The notes below the pieces were generated by a model. The model was not told where the DNA came from. It made no database searches and saw nothing but the letters and a program-made list of their open reading frames with translations. This document shows, piece by piece, positions 9,937 through 20,038 of a DNA stretch of 32,000 nt (its first letter is position 1; every line of letters begins with the position of its first letter). A program made the position numbers and the translations under genes. Source of the DNA: Nonlabens ponticola (GTDB taxonomy: Bacteria > Bacteroidota > Bacteroidia > Flavobacteriales > Flavobacteriaceae); the NCBI RefSeq assembly GCF_003966335.1, contig NZ_CP034549.1:2160001-2192000 (forward strand). The letters are read 5' to 3'.

Positions 9937-11232
9937 ATGAAGAAAATCTTTTTCCGCGTACGCTCCTTTTTCAACATCATCACCAGCAGCATCGCCTTCT
10001 ACCCTACTTTCTATGCGGTGACTGCGGTTATTTTAGGTATCGTGATGAAATTTGCAGAGCAGTCCGGTATCTCAAAATATCTTTCTGACCACGCACCATG
10101 GCTAGTAGTAAGCGATGCAGATACCGTTAGGAACATTTTAAGTACACTTATCGCCAGTGGATTGAGCATGCTGGTATTTTCATTCTCAATGGTAATGCTT
10201 TTATTATCACAGGCGGCAAATAATTACTCGCCACGCGTTCTTCCCAGTCTTATCGCTAATAGAAGACACCAGACGATCCTGGGAACATTTCTAGCGATGA
10301 TTTTATACAACATGATTACTATACTGGGTATTGAATCCAAGTCTGATGGATATACCATGCCAGCATTGTCGGTATTTATAGGCGTATTATCGGCGGTTAT
10401 CGCACTAGCTGCCTTTGTCTATTTTATTCATAGTATCTCTACAAGTATTCAAATTAATCAAATCCTCAAAAAGATTTATAACGTTACTAACGAGCGACTT
10501 CAAGAAGTGGTTGATGATTCGGAGGCAAAGAATGATTGGCCAGATACTGATGATTGGAATATTTATAATTCAAAACAAAACGGGACACTTCAAAATTATA
10601 GCGCCGTTGCCCTACAAGGAATGGCAGAAGAGTATGATATCAAATTTGAATTTATCATCATCAAGGGACAATACATATTTGAAGGGCAACCTATTGCCAG
10701 AACCAGTAAAAAATTGACTGATGAGCAAGAAGAAGAACTCTATAAAAACTTCAACTTCAATGAGTCTGAACTTGTATATGATAATTATGTCCTAGGTTTT
10801 AAACAAATTGCTGAAATCGGCGTCAAGGCAATGAGCCCAGGAATAAATGATCCAGGAACTGCACTGGACACAATCAATTATCTCATGGAGCTTTTTGCAC
10901 TGCGCATGAAGAAAAATGATAACACTATCATACGTGCAGAAGATAGCGAAGAGCCTCTAATAAAAGTAAAAACGGTTGACTTCACAGATTTGCTCTACCA
11001 AACAATGGTGGCTTATCGTACCTATTGTAAACACGACATGGTTGTGATGCAAAAGCTGTTTCTCATGATGAAACACCTTGCACAGCAAGAAGCCATTCAC
11101 GATTCATTCTATGATGTTGTAAAGCGTGAGACAGAACTATTGATGACAGACGCGAGAGACGCCGTAAACAATCAAATGGATATTATGGTGTTGACTAATT
11201 ATTATGACGAGGTCCTAGAAATACTAGACTAG
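9937..11232 (+). CDS. DUF2254-like integral membrane protein
   Basis: Four N-terminal TM helices are followed by a soluble domain with [10 protein letters not shown], a motif I associate with DUF2254. Unverified. Confidence 0.55.
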   Translation: MKKIFFRVRSFFNIITSSIAFYPTFYAVTAVILGIVMKFAEQSGISKYLSDHAPWLVVSDADTVRNILSTLIASGLSMLVFSFSMVMLLLSQAANNYSPRVLPSLIANRRHQTILGTFLAMILYNMITILGIESKSDGYTMPALSVFIGVLSAVIALAAFVYFIHSISTSIQINQILKKIYNVTNERLQEVVDDSEAKNDWPDTDDWNIYNSKQNGTLQNYSAVALQGMAEEYDIKFEFIIIKGQYIFEGQPIARTSKKLTDEQEEELYKNFNFNESELVYDNYVLGFKQIAEIGVKAMSPGINDPGTALDTINYLMELFALRMKKNDNTIIRAEDSEEPLIKVKTVDFTDLLYQTMVAYRTYCKHDMVVMQKLFLMMKHLAQQEAIHDSFYDVVKRETELLMTDARDAVNNQMDIMVLTNYYDEVLEILD

Positions 11233-12047
11233 TACTGCTCATCATCATTAGGAAAGTCCTTGCTCTTGACATCCTTGTTATACTGATCCACAGCCTTACC
11301 CATATCCTCATAAAGGTTCATATACCGGCGCAAGAATCGTGGGTTAAATTCATGCGTCATTCCAAACATATCGTGAGAAACTAGCACCTGACCATCAACA
11401 CCAGATCCAGCACCTATCCCAATTACAGGAATAGTAAGACTGTCTGCTACCTGCTGTGCCAGCGCTGCTGGAACTTTCTCTAGCACCAGTGCAAAACATC
11501 CCAACTTCTCTAACATCAAGGCATCTTCCTTGAGTTTATTAGCTTCTGCTTCTTCTTTGGCCCGTACAGTGTACGTGCCAAACTTATAAATAGATTGTGG
11601 TGTTAAACCCAGATGTCCCATTACTGGAATACCAGCATTGAGAATACGTTTTATGGAATCCTTAACCTCGCTACCACCTTCTAGTTTTACAGTGTGCGCA
11701 CCGCTTTCTTTCATGATACGTATGGCACTGCGCAACGCCTCTTTAGGATCACTTTGATAACTACCAAAGGGTAAGTCCACAACTACCAAGGCCCTATCCA
11801 CACCACGCACTACACTACCAGCGTGATAAATCATTTGATCTAGCGTTATTGGCAGCGTCGTCTCATGACCAGCCATGACATTACTCGCACTGTCACCTAC
11901 TAGAATCACGTCGATACCTGCGCTATCAATAATTTTAGCCATGGTAAAATCATATGCGGTAAGCATAGAAATCTTCTCGGCATTGGCCTTCATTTCAGTA
12001 AGCGATTTTACGGTGACGCGTTTATATTCTTTTTTGGCGGTTGACAT
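11229..12047 (-). CDS. panB: 3-methyl-2-oxobutanoate hydroxymethyltransferase (pantothenate biosynthesis)
   Basis: Motifs seen are [29 protein letters not shown] and GHLGLTPQS. Its stop overlaps the convergent DUF2254 gene's stop by 4 bp. Confidence 0.95.
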   Translation of the reverse strand: MSTAKKEYKRVTVKSLTEMKANAEKISMLTAYDFTMAKIIDSAGIDVILVGDSASNVMAGHETTLPITLDQMIYHAGSVVRGVDRALVVVDLPFGSYQSDPKEALRSAIRIMKESGAHTVKLEGGSEVKDSIKRILNAGIPVMGHLGLTPQSIYKFGTYTVRAKEEAEANKLKEDALMLEKLGCFALVLEKVPAALAQQVADSLTIPVIGIGAGSGVDGQVLVSHDMFGMTHEFNPRFLRRYMNLYEDMGKAVDQYNKDVKSKDFPNDDEQY

Positions 12048-12103
12048 AGGCGTGTTTTATCGGGTAAAAATAGTGATATTAGCAAGACTTTAAACCGTAG
12101 GAT

Positions 12104-12577
12104 ATGAGACTCGTTGTTATAATGATCATTGCTTTATTAGCTTTCGCGAAAGCTAACTCACAACAAACAACCGCCACAACGACCGAAACCGTGATGCTCG
12201 ACAAACATCCTGCAATTGTGGTTGTGGATGATTTTTTCAAAGCGTTTCATTTGCAAGACACCACTGCGATGAGAACAAAATTTATTGCAGAGCCATCCGT
12301 ATTGTCCATTGCAAATCGTGCAAACAAACAACTCATCGTTTACAGTTCCATTGAGAATTTGTTGGACGGTATCGCTGCTATTCCCGAGACCGTAGATTTT
12401 GAGGAGCGGCTTACATCTAATGAAATTATAAGCGATGACGGCATCGCAACAGTTCATACAGATTATGAATTCTACATCAATGGTGACCTATCGCACTCGG
12501 GTCGCAACAGCTTTACATTGGTGCTTTTTGATGACAAATGGGTCATCAGCCAGATTATGGATACCAGAATATATTAA
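12104..12577 (+). CDS. Secreted NTF2-like / SnoaL-like fold protein (hypothetical)
   Basis: It has a signal peptide. The pattern VVDDFFKAFHLQD...IATVHTDYEFYING...WVISQIMDT is typical of NTF2-like (lumazine-binding-like) domains. Weak call. Confidence 0.4.
   Translation: MRLVVIMIIALLAFAKANSQQTTATTTETVMLDKHPAIVVVDDFFKAFHLQDTTAMRTKFIAEPSVLSIANRANKQLIVYSSIENLLDGIAAIPETVDFEERLTSNEIISDDGIATVHTDYEFYINGDLSHSGRNSFTLVLFDDKWVISQIMDTRIY
12140..12153. repeat. Copy 3 of GCTTTCGCGAAAGC (in the signal peptide, read as AFAKA)
   Basis: Exact match. It extends to a 16-bp palindrome at 12139-12154. Confidence 0.95.
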
Positions 12578-12580
12578 TCA

Positions 12581-14098
12581 CTACATCCAGTAGCGATCGC
12601 TTGCAATCACTTGATTATTTGTATCATTTTTGAGTCTATGTACCTCACTAGTATTGAAGTATCTAGCACCGCGAGAACCTCCAGCGGTGTGAAATTTGAA
12701 ATGAGATTGCGCTCTACGTTTAAGAAAAATACTGCGGCATGCCTCACTTGCCTGTAGTTTAAAAACTGGCGTGATAATGATTGATGGGAATAGCCATCCT
12801 TTATGAAGCGTCAACAACTCGCTAGCTTTCAAAATTCGTGTATGTTCACCAGATTTATAAGCATTATAAGTCGTCCATAATAATACTAAGGCAGGAATCG
12901 CCACCAACCAATATTGTTCAAAATAAACAAAAACCGCCGCTGGTAAGACAGTGAAAATAGACACAATATATAAATTAAGTCTAGCGTGCGACCATGCTAT
13001 AGAATGCATAGGTTGCTGATCAACTTCTGGTATTTTCCCAAAGATAATTTGCTGCAACTGCGCCATTTTATCTGACGTACAAGCAGGAACAGTAATATTA
13101 TTGAGCTCGTTATTTTCCGATTGAGCTTGATAGATTCGGGCTGTTTGATATCCCAGCATCTTACGCAACGGGTTCGAATGAAATTCCAGAATCTGTATCT
13201 TATTGATAGGTATCTTAACCTCACGCCTATTGAGCAATCCCATATTTACTTCTAGGTAATTTCCCTTCTTGTAAATACTGTAATCCCAGAATTTATTGAT
13301 GACAAGTATCATGCTTACCAGTACTGCAATGATGCAAAAACTTATAATCACAAAAACCACAAGACTAATAGTCGCTCCAGCGACGACGCTCTCGTAATCA
13401 AGATCCAGTTGTTCCTCATAAAAATACTCTACCACATCCTTGATCTTGTACCAGAATCCAAAAACAATTCCCAAAGCCAAGCCACCACTACGCAGATGAT
13501 TTTGTGTAAGACCTACCTTTAATAAGTCTACCATACTTAATTGTAGTAAAGGTCTTTTATCCTGTACATCAATTGCTGGCTGTTGCGTGCTTGAATCTTC
13601 TTGATCAGCAAAGTTTTCATTTTTAAGAGCATCATTTGAATCAATGACTTGTGTGGCTTTTTCCTGCAGTAAATCCTTGAAACTTTGAGCAAAAGAGCGC
13701 TCTAGCGCTGGTATCTCTAGTTCCTTAGCTTTAGAACCTGCCGTTTCAATATCGACCGCGACTACATTGAGTAATCGCTGTGCAACGTTTTGATTGATAT
13801 TGACACTCTGTATACGTTCTAGTGGTATGGCTTTTCGTTCTTTATTAAGAACGCCTTGTTCAATGATTAGCTCGTCATCAACAACATAAAACTTAAAGAA
13901 ATAGTACTTTAAAATTGGTGATATAAAAACACTGAATCCTACAAGCACTGCGACAACAAGAACAATCCAGCTGTTAGAAAATGCTCGTGAACCTATCAAA
14001 ACATAGAATCCCAAAGCGATAAGACCCTTGATATTCTTAAACAGATATACCAGTATACTTTTGGGACTTTGCCTATTGGGAACGCTCAAATCAGGCAT
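12581..14098 (-). CDS. YdbT-like membrane protein with repeated bacterial PH (bPH2) domains
   Basis: TM hairpins alternate with roughly 80-aa modules (ERIQSVNINQN..., INKIQILEFHSNPL..., and a final module), as in YdbT. Its ATG overlaps the upstream stop by 8 bp (ATGCCTGA). Confidence 0.65.
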   Translation of the reverse strand: MPDLSVPNRQSPKSILVYLFKNIKGLIALGFYVLIGSRAFSNSWIVLVVAVLVGFSVFISPILKYYFFKFYVVDDELIIEQGVLNKERKAIPLERIQSVNINQNVAQRLLNVVAVDIETAGSKAKELEIPALERSFAQSFKDLLQEKATQVIDSNDALKNENFADQEDSSTQQPAIDVQDKRPLLQLSMVDLLKVGLTQNHLRSGGLALGIVFGFWYKIKDVVEYFYEEQLDLDYESVVAGATISLVVFVIISFCIIAVLVSMILVINKFWDYSIYKKGNYLEVNMGLLNRREVKIPINKIQILEFHSNPLRKMLGYQTARIYQAQSENNELNNITVPACTSDKMAQLQQIIFGKIPEVDQQPMHSIAWSHARLNLYIVSIFTVLPAAVFVYFEQYWLVAIPALVLLWTTYNAYKSGEHTRILKASELLTLHKGWLFPSIIITPVFKLQASEACRSIFLKRRAQSHFKFHTAGGSRGARYFNTSEVHRLKNDTNNQVIASDRYWM

Positions 14099-14591
14099 GG
14101 CGCGTGGCTTTTCCTGATATAAAGTCTTTGAGCTTTGCCGCGACCATAGGATCTAGTCCTGAAATACTTAAATCAGACGCTGATCCACCTGCGGTGTAAA
14201 TCTGCAATTCACACAAATTGAAGGCTCGATCAATCGGACCATCATTTACCTCAGTGTGCTGTATGCGATTAAAGGGTACGGTGATTTCATGATGGAATAA
14301 CCAGCCGTATCTGTATGTGATGTCTTTTTCTCGCAGGACATAACCTCGTACAAAATATTCTTTGTATGCCAGAAATAATACCAAAATCAATAGCAACAAC
14401 CACAAAGAACCAGCAGCGACAGCAATCCAAGTATCTACAAAAAACACCATGACAATAACACCAATTAATAATGGCAACATAAAAAGCGTTTTGGCAATGA
14501 GCTTTTTATTCAAAAAACGCTTGGGATGTTTTTCAAATTCTTCCTGTGGTACATCAGGCAGATTAATAACATTTAAGTTTTCATTAGTCAT
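14091..14591 (-). CDS. YdbS-like membrane protein with a single bPH2 domain
   Basis: Two TM helices are followed by ITVPFNRIQHTEVNDGPIDRAFNLCELQIYTAGG, the bPH2 signature. Start at ATG 14591 overlaps the MazG-like gene's stop by 8 bp (ATGACTAA). Confidence 0.65.
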   Translation of the reverse strand: MTNENLNVINLPDVPQEEFEKHPKRFLNKKLIAKTLFMLPLLIGVIVMVFFVDTWIAVAAGSLWLLLLILVLFLAYKEYFVRGYVLREKDITYRYGWLFHHEITVPFNRIQHTEVNDGPIDRAFNLCELQIYTAGGSASDLSISGLDPMVAAKLKDFISGKATRHA

Positions 14592-14985
14592 TACCGGTAG
14601 CATCTTTAAGGATCTTACCAAAGTCTGGTTTGAAATAATCTGGACCTTTCAATACCTTACCATCTTCACGATAGATAGGTTGTCCATTTGCACCCAATTT
14701 GCTCATGTTTGATTTTTGAATCTCGTCAAATATGTCCTCGATTACTTCCTGCATACCGTGCTCGATAATGGTACCGCATAAAATGTATAGCATATCGCCC
14801 AACGCGTCAGCAACTTCTATGAGGTCATCATGTTTGGCAGCCTCTAAATATTCTTCATTTTCTTCCCGCATGAGCTCATATCGCAATAGTTTGCGCTCTA
14901 GCGAGATATTAATGGTTGGAGTCTTCTTCTTATTAAGTTTGAATGCGGTATGAAATTCCTCAACGGCCTTAATTTGCTTTTTCAT
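14584..14985 (-). CDS. All-alpha NTP pyrophosphohydrolase, MazG-like / PRA-PH-like family
   Basis: Metal-binding helices EENEEYLEA and EVADALGDMLYI (an E..E...E/D pattern). Start taken at ATG 14985. Confidence 0.6.
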   Translation of the reverse strand: MKKQIKAVEEFHTAFKLNKKKTPTINISLERKLLRYELMREENEEYLEAAKHDDLIEVADALGDMLYILCGTIIEHGMQEVIEDIFDEIQKSNMSKLGANGQPIYREDGKVLKGPDYFKPDFGKILKDATGND

Positions 14986-15029
14986 GGATGGTAGTTGTTT
15001 GCTTTGTAATTTTACAAAAATCACGTGAT

Positions 15030-15251
15030 ATGACCACTATTCTAGCCGCAATAAAGGATCCTATGTTTTCTCAAGGGCAAATTGTTTTTGGGATTATTTT
15101 TTTTATTGCTTTTGTCATACTCATCACTTTCATGTATCGCAAGGATAAAACCTTGCACCGCAAGAATTATAAAGGCGTTATCTGGATTTTGGTAGGCTTT
15201 CTTGCTTTCTTTGCCTTACTTCTAGCTATCAAGTTTGGCCTTAAAGAGTGA
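15030..15251 (+). CDS. Small two-TM membrane protein (hypothetical)
   Basis: The ORF has two clear hydrophobic helices. Start assumed at ATG 15030. I recognise no family. Confidence 0.35.
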   Translation: MTTILAAIKDPMFSQGQIVFGIIFFIAFVILITFMYRKDKTLHRKNYKGVIWILVGFLAFFALLLAIKFGLKE

Positions 15252-15299
15252 TGCTTGCTCTACAATAATTTGCTTGTAAGTGATAATGATTTCTGTTAT

Positions 15300-15313
15300 G
15301 CTTTCGCGAAAGC
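15300..15313. repeat. Copy 4 of GCTTTCGCGAAAGC (intergenic, between convergent genes)
   Basis: Exact match. Confidence 0.95.
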
Positions 15314-15342
15314 GTAATCCCGACTATCTCAGTTACATATAA

Positions 15343-15370
15343 TAAAAAAGAGACTGATTTCTCAGCCTCT
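15343..15370 (-). terminator. Rho-independent terminator after the beta-propeller-like lipoprotein gene
   Basis: On the minus strand: GAGGCTGA-gaaa-TCAGTCTC (one mismatch) followed by a T7 run. Confidence 0.6.
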
Positions 15371-15421
15371 TCTTATCTACAATCTACTCTACAAATTGTA
15401 CGGTTAGTATGTGATACTCGA

Positions 15422-16444
15422 TTACTCTACGTTTAAGTAGATGCTTGAGATACCAGATACTGATTTTTGAATCATTGGTGCCATATCGCCACCTAGTACT
15501 GCATTATCAAATGCTAGAGCCATACCGCCATTGGTAGCACGCTCTGCAGTGTAGAGTACTTTACTAATGTTATCGTATTCAAGGTCAACTGGGTTGCCTA
15601 ACATGGTATTGCTACCTTTTACTGTTGCTACATCGTCTGATGTGATTGTTCCATAATTTTCAAGACCGCTATAGATAACTGAGAAGTTTCTAATAGTATG
15701 GATAGCACCATCGCTATCGTCTAGTGGGTTACCTACATCTGCAAGGAAAAGACAGTCTTCAACATCGTCATAAGTAACGCCTCTTAAAGATTCAGCACCT
15801 TCTATGGTTACAATATCATCAGCAGTTAGTTCGCCTGAACTGTTGGAGAAAAAGTCATTGTAAACTGCAATAGTACCACTGTTATCACGTGCTGCGTACA
15901 ATGTGTTGCCAGCTAGGAAAATGCCCCAGTGTTGGTTACCAGTTTCATAAATATTTAAAAGTCTAACAGATTCTGGTGTTGACTCATAGACAAAAAACTT
16001 GTTACTATCGCCTGTGCCTCTTGAGTCAGCGCTTACCACAATCATGTTACCAGATACAGCGATATCACGAGCATTCTCAACTTGTACATCACTTCTTAAG
16101 GTTGGTGCAAGAGCAGCTCCAGACTCCGAAGCTCCTAAATTTTGAAAGACAAGTATGTTGTTTTCAGACCTTGAAGCCTCAAATAAACAATCTTGTGTTG
16201 GGTCATAGTGTAATCCATCACTATCACGGCTAGCAGATAGGAATGATTTGTTAGTTACATTAGAGAAATCAGTAAAATCAAAAACGTTGATTTTTCCTGA
16301 TGTGTTGCTTCCAGTAAAAAGAGTTACTTTTCCTAAGTCTTCAGAAGATATGTCGCTAGCGTCTAGCTCCTCATTATCTGATGAACATGAAACTAAAGCA
16401 GTTAAGCTTAAAAGTAATGCTGATGTTAATGTAAATTTTTTCAT
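15422..16444 (-). CDS. Lipoprotein with repeated beta-propeller-like blades (hypothetical)
   Basis: Lipobox LVSC. Five or six blade-like repeats are visible (GLHYDPTQDCLFEASR, ARDIAVSGNMIVVSAD, GIFLAGNTLYAARD, GVTYDDVEDCLFLADVG, VDLEYDNISKVLYTAER). Confidence 0.5.
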   Translation of the reverse strand: MKKFTLTSALLLSLTALVSCSSDNEELDASDISSEDLGKVTLFTGSNTSGKINVFDFTDFSNVTNKSFLSASRDSDGLHYDPTQDCLFEASRSENNILVFQNLGASESGAALAPTLRSDVQVENARDIAVSGNMIVVSADSRGTGDSNKFFVYESTPESVRLLNIYETGNQHWGIFLAGNTLYAARDNSGTIAVYNDFFSNSSGELTADDIVTIEGAESLRGVTYDDVEDCLFLADVGNPLDDSDGAIHTIRNFSVIYSGLENYGTITSDDVATVKGSNTMLGNPVDLEYDNISKVLYTAERATNGGMALAFDNAVLGGDMAPMIQKSVSGISSIYLNVE

Positions 16445-16701
16445 GATTTGTAGAGTTGTTGTGTTTAACGTGGTTCAAATATGCAATGCAATATCGCGTT
16501 AAACAAACACTATTTATCGATGAAATGCACAAAAATAATGCATGTTATTGTTTTACAGGAACTTAAGTACTTATTGAAAATTTGATAATATTTTCAGAAT
16601 AATGCTTTTTATCGTTTAATCGATACTTTTAATCTGATTTAGATTAATTTTTAATTAATTTCGATAACTGCCAAAAGCTGTCTAATTGTAAATTTATACG
16701 G

Positions 16702-17643
16702 ATGAAATACATAAATCTTCTTTTATTACTAGTTTTAATTACATCATGTAAGGATCAAAGCCCAAAAAACGTTTTTACAAAAAATGCCGCCAAAATTGAT
16801 ACATCGGTATCAATGGCAAACCCTATATATAAGGACACCGTTTTATTCCTAGAAGATTTCAAGTCGAACTATGTCGACAACCGCAACGTCGAGATATGGC
16901 TTCCTGCTGGCTACCCAAAAAAGGATGTCACTTACAAAGTACTATACATGCAGGATGGTCAAACAGCTTTCACAACCGCAAATTCAAACTATGGTAAGTC
17001 ATGGCTCATAGGCGAGAAAATGGATTCACTGCTTCAATCTAGCAGCATTGCTCCTACTATTGTGGTTGCCGCATGGTCACACGCTGATAAACGTTTTAAT
17101 GAGTACATGCCGCAGTTACCAGGTGATTTGACTCGTACTGCTTTCGCGAAAGCGGAATTGAAAAAGAACACAGGCTACAATGAATTATACAGTGACAATT
17201 ACCTGAAGTTTCTAACAAGCGAGTTGAAGCCCTATGTCGACAAAAATTTTCAGGTATCTCAAAGACCCGAGGACACTGCCATCATGGGAAGTTCCATGGG
17301 TGGCTTGATATCATTGTATGCGTTTGTGGAATATCCAGTAGTATTTGGCCGTGCAGCATGCATGAGTACCCACTGGCCAATTCCTATATTAGGTGAAGCG
17401 CTCATCGATGAATTACCAGAGGCCATTCCATCAAGCGACAACCGCATCATTTACTTTGATTATGGCACTGAGACGCTTGACGCAACGTATGAACCGTATC
17501 AAAAAGAAGTAGATGAAATATTTGAACAAGCTGGCTACAACGACAATAGCTACATGTCGCTAAAATTTGAAGGGCATGAACACGACGAGAATTACTGGAA
17601 TAAACGCGTGCACATACCCTTGAAATTTTTACTAGCAAACTAA
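16702..17643 (+). CDS. Alpha/beta-hydrolase, putative esterase family (IroE/enterochelin-esterase-like)
   Basis: Lipoprotein-type signal (LITSC), a nucleophile elbow GSSMGG, and a C-terminal His region (EGHEHDENYW). Substrate unknown. Confidence 0.6.
   Translation: MKYINLLLLLVLITSCKDQSPKNVFTKNAAKIDTSVSMANPIYKDTVLFLEDFKSNYVDNRNVEIWLPAGYPKKDVTYKVLYMQDGQTAFTTANSNYGKSWLIGEKMDSLLQSSSIAPTIVVAAWSHADKRFNEYMPQLPGDLTRTAFAKAELKKNTGYNELYSDNYLKFLTSELKPYVDKNFQVSQRPEDTAIMGSSMGGLISLYAFVEYPVVFGRAACMSTHWPIPILGEALIDELPEAIPSSDNRIIYFDYGTETLDATYEPYQKEVDEIFEQAGYNDNSYMSLKFEGHEHDENYWNKRVHIPLKFLLAN
17140..17153. repeat. Copy 5 of GCTTTCGCGAAAGC (inside the esterase gene, read as AFAKA)
   Basis: Exact match. Confidence 0.95.
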
Positions 17644-17645
17644 TG

Positions 17646-19610
17646 CTATAGATTCACTCTTAGGCCAACTTTATAGTTGCGGCCTCTGGTTTGGAATCCA
17701 AATACCTCTGCAAAATCCTCATTGAAAATATTAGAGACTCCAGCATAAAGCGTGAGTTTTTTACTTGCATTGTAGGTTGCGTCTAGATCAAATAGCTGGT
17801 AGGAATCAAGCGTCACATCTTCGGCAGTAAAAGTCACTGGACTAAAGAATGCATCTTGTCTTGCATCATTATACTGGTAGCGCAGTGTCAAAAAAGCCTT
17901 TTCAGTAAGCTTTGATCTCAAGGATGCGTTGACTTTTTGTCTAGGCACTCGCTGTATCACGACATTATCTGTACAATCTGTGTACGAGTAATTGACCGCA
18001 AGGTTATAACGATTTGCAAAGGTTGTTTGTGCGCTGGCTTCAAAACCAAATACATTGGTTCTCGCATCTGCATTTTCATAGCTACCTGCAAAAGTCACTG
18101 GATCGCTTACAAAAATCACCTCGTCATCGGACTGTCGCTCATAAACACTAAAGGTCAAGGTCGTCAATCCACAAAACCACTCTAGTCCTATTTCTCTTGT
18201 GATATTAGTCTCTGGTTGTAGGTCTGGATTCCCTAGACCAAAACTTTGATCAAACAACTGAAACAAGCTAGGCGTGATATAAGCAGTACTATAACTACCA
18301 TAAGCTTTTAAAACAGAGCCACCGTCCAGATCAAAACTAATCGATGGGTTGACACTGTAAATAAATTCATTGTCATAATCGCTGTGGATATTATAGCGTA
18401 CACCGGTATTCAAATTGAACCCAAAATCACTCTCATAAACCAGATTTACATAAGGATCATAGATCTGGAAGTTGGTATCATCCTCATTTGCGGTTTCCTC
18501 AAATCCTGTACCGCCAAATGGTACAGCCTCACTCTCAAAACTATCGGTTCTAAAATTAAATCCAACAATTGTTTTCAATTGGTGTTCACCATCATTGGAT
18601 AAATTGAAAGCGTATTTGTTATAAAGATCCAGCGAGTAACCATCTGCATTAAAAATTGTTGGCGAGCCACTGCGTGTGTCTCGACGCGTGTGTGTACTCA
18701 CGTCATTATAAACGATGGATCCACGATCTGCATAGGTATATTCTGCATTGGTACCCCAACGTATTTGCCTGCTGTACGTCTCATTATCGGCATCAGTAAA
18801 GTCAAAATTGTCAAACTCGGCAGTGTATTCATCAAAGGAGACATAGCTCGTGATCTTAAAATCGCGCTCATTGTCATATCCTATTCTGCCTAGCGCGTTG
18901 ACGCGGTTAAATTTATCTGCTCGTGCATCGCTGTCGTCCAGTGGCTCCACGGCACTTAATCCATACGTGTATTGGTGATGGAATCCAGCACCATAGGTCA
19001 ACCCGTTATCCAGCCTACCGCTGGCATTGATGCTGTTACTTATATCATCTGCACCTAGATCCCGATCCTCTGCGCTGCTGTTAGTCCCTACAAATGAATT
19101 GACTGATAAACGCAATTTTTTTCTTGCAGCTTCCTTCAGCTTGATGTTGATTACCGCTGTACTGGCGTTGGCACCATATAAGGTACTAGAGGCACCTTTT
19201 AATATCTCAATTTCTTGAATTTGACTCAAATCAATCAAACGCAAATCAAAATCGCTTGCAATTAAACTAGGATCATTGACCTGTGCGCCGTCAATTAAGA
19301 AAGAAACCTGACGGTTGTTACCACCTCTTATAAAATAGGAAAGATTTTGACCAGCATTGCTGCGCGCGCCATTGATCTCAATACCAGCGTATTGATTAAG
19401 CAGATCAGCCACGCTAGTAGCTGCTTGTTGCTCAATGTCTTCTTGTGTGATTTTTATAACGGGCTTGCCGCTATCCTTAGGGGCTTGCTCAAATTTTGAA
19501 GCTGCCGTCACGGTAACTTCTTTTAAAGGTGTTGCGGTACTATCTACTTGTGCAAGACTAATAGCGGTTGCAGCCACAAAAAGGGCCATGGTAAGAAAAT
19601 TTCTAATCAT
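17646..19610 (-). CDS. btuB: TonB-dependent outer-membrane receptor, BtuB-like (vitamin B12 transporter)
   Basis: Signal peptide, plug domain (KEVTVTA..., IEILKGASSTLYG) and a 22-strand barrel-sized body (654 aa). It lies directly downstream of a cobalamin riboswitch. Confidence 0.8.
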   Translation of the reverse strand: MIRNFLTMALFVAATAISLAQVDSTATPLKEVTVTAASKFEQAPKDSGKPVIKITQEDIEQQAATSVADLLNQYAGIEINGARSNAGQNLSYFIRGGNNRQVSFLIDGAQVNDPSLIASDFDLRLIDLSQIQEIEILKGASSTLYGANASTAVINIKLKEAARKKLRLSVNSFVGTNSSAEDRDLGADDISNSINASGRLDNGLTYGAGFHHQYTYGLSAVEPLDDSDARADKFNRVNALGRIGYDNERDFKITSYVSFDEYTAEFDNFDFTDADNETYSRQIRWGTNAEYTYADRGSIVYNDVSTHTRRDTRSGSPTIFNADGYSLDLYNKYAFNLSNDGEHQLKTIVGFNFRTDSFESEAVPFGGTGFEETANEDDTNFQIYDPYVNLVYESDFGFNLNTGVRYNIHSDYDNEFIYSVNPSISFDLDGGSVLKAYGSYSTAYITPSLFQLFDQSFGLGNPDLQPETNITREIGLEWFCGLTTLTFSVYERQSDDEVIFVSDPVTFAGSYENADARTNVFGFEASAQTTFANRYNLAVNYSYTDCTDNVVIQRVPRQKVNASLRSKLTEKAFLTLRYQYNDARQDAFFSPVTFTAEDVTLDSYQLFDLDATYNASKKLTLYAGVSNIFNEDFAEVFGFQTRGRNYKVGLRVNL

Positions 19611-19699
19611 CGATCTATAAAAGGATCGGGAAAGCTACAGCAGTCGTATACAAGGATGTGCAGCACGCAATCGCGCATCAATCAAAGTATTTGGATCGC

Positions 19700-19885
19700 C
19701 ACCTCTATCCCGAAGGTTAACAATATAAGTTGCTATGGCAGGTCTCCTGACTTAAACAATTCATGGCCTTCCCAAATTTTCAGTGGCGCTTCATGAACTC
19801 CTATTGCTAGACCGCGATATATCACGGGTTTTTACAGTTGCGGGAACAGTTCTGGACTTACACCAGATTCCCTTTTAATACGGTA
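19700..19885 (-). promoter_or_regulatory. Cobalamin (B12) riboswitch in the 5' leader of the BtuB-like receptor
   Basis: The minus strand reads AAAAGGGAATCTGGTGTAAGTCCAGAACTGTTCCCGCAACTGTAA (plus coordinates about 19832-19876). It then reads GCCACTGAAAATTTGGGAAGGC (GCCACTG is at plus coordinates 19781-19787). The B12 box AGTCAGGAGACCTGCC sits at plus coordinates 19737-19752. These are the conserved blocks of the cobalamin riboswitch class. The 5' and 3' boundaries are approximate. Confidence 0.85.
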
Positions 19886-19914
19886 TTCGTGTTTTTGAGA
19901 TTTTGTATAATCTC

Positions 19915-19928
19915 GCTTTCGCGAAAGC
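19915..19928. repeat. Copy 6 of GCTTTCGCGAAAGC (divergent intergenic region)
   Basis: Exact match. It extends to a 16-bp palindrome at 19914-19929. Confidence 0.95.
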
Positions 19929-20038
19929 GTAACCTATAACAAGCCACAAAAGTAGTCACTTAAGTTTGTTCACACACTAATCATTCAAACAAATTAGAAT
20001 TGAGGTGATCAATTAATATTCGGCTATTTTTGAGCCCT

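Noticed and set aside
11229-11232. Convergent gene ends overlap here, and also at 27357-27364.
   Set aside because: Short overlaps of convergent stop codons are common in compact genomes. At 27357-27364 the overlap could alternatively mean the 78-aa ORF is not real. Nothing further is supportable.
15422-16444. The beta-propeller-like lipoprotein could be a BtuG-type surface B12-binding partner of the BtuB-like receptor.
   Set aside because: It is separated from the receptor by an opposite-strand esterase gene. It has its own long upstream region with no riboswitch. I cannot verify sequence similarity to BtuG without a search.
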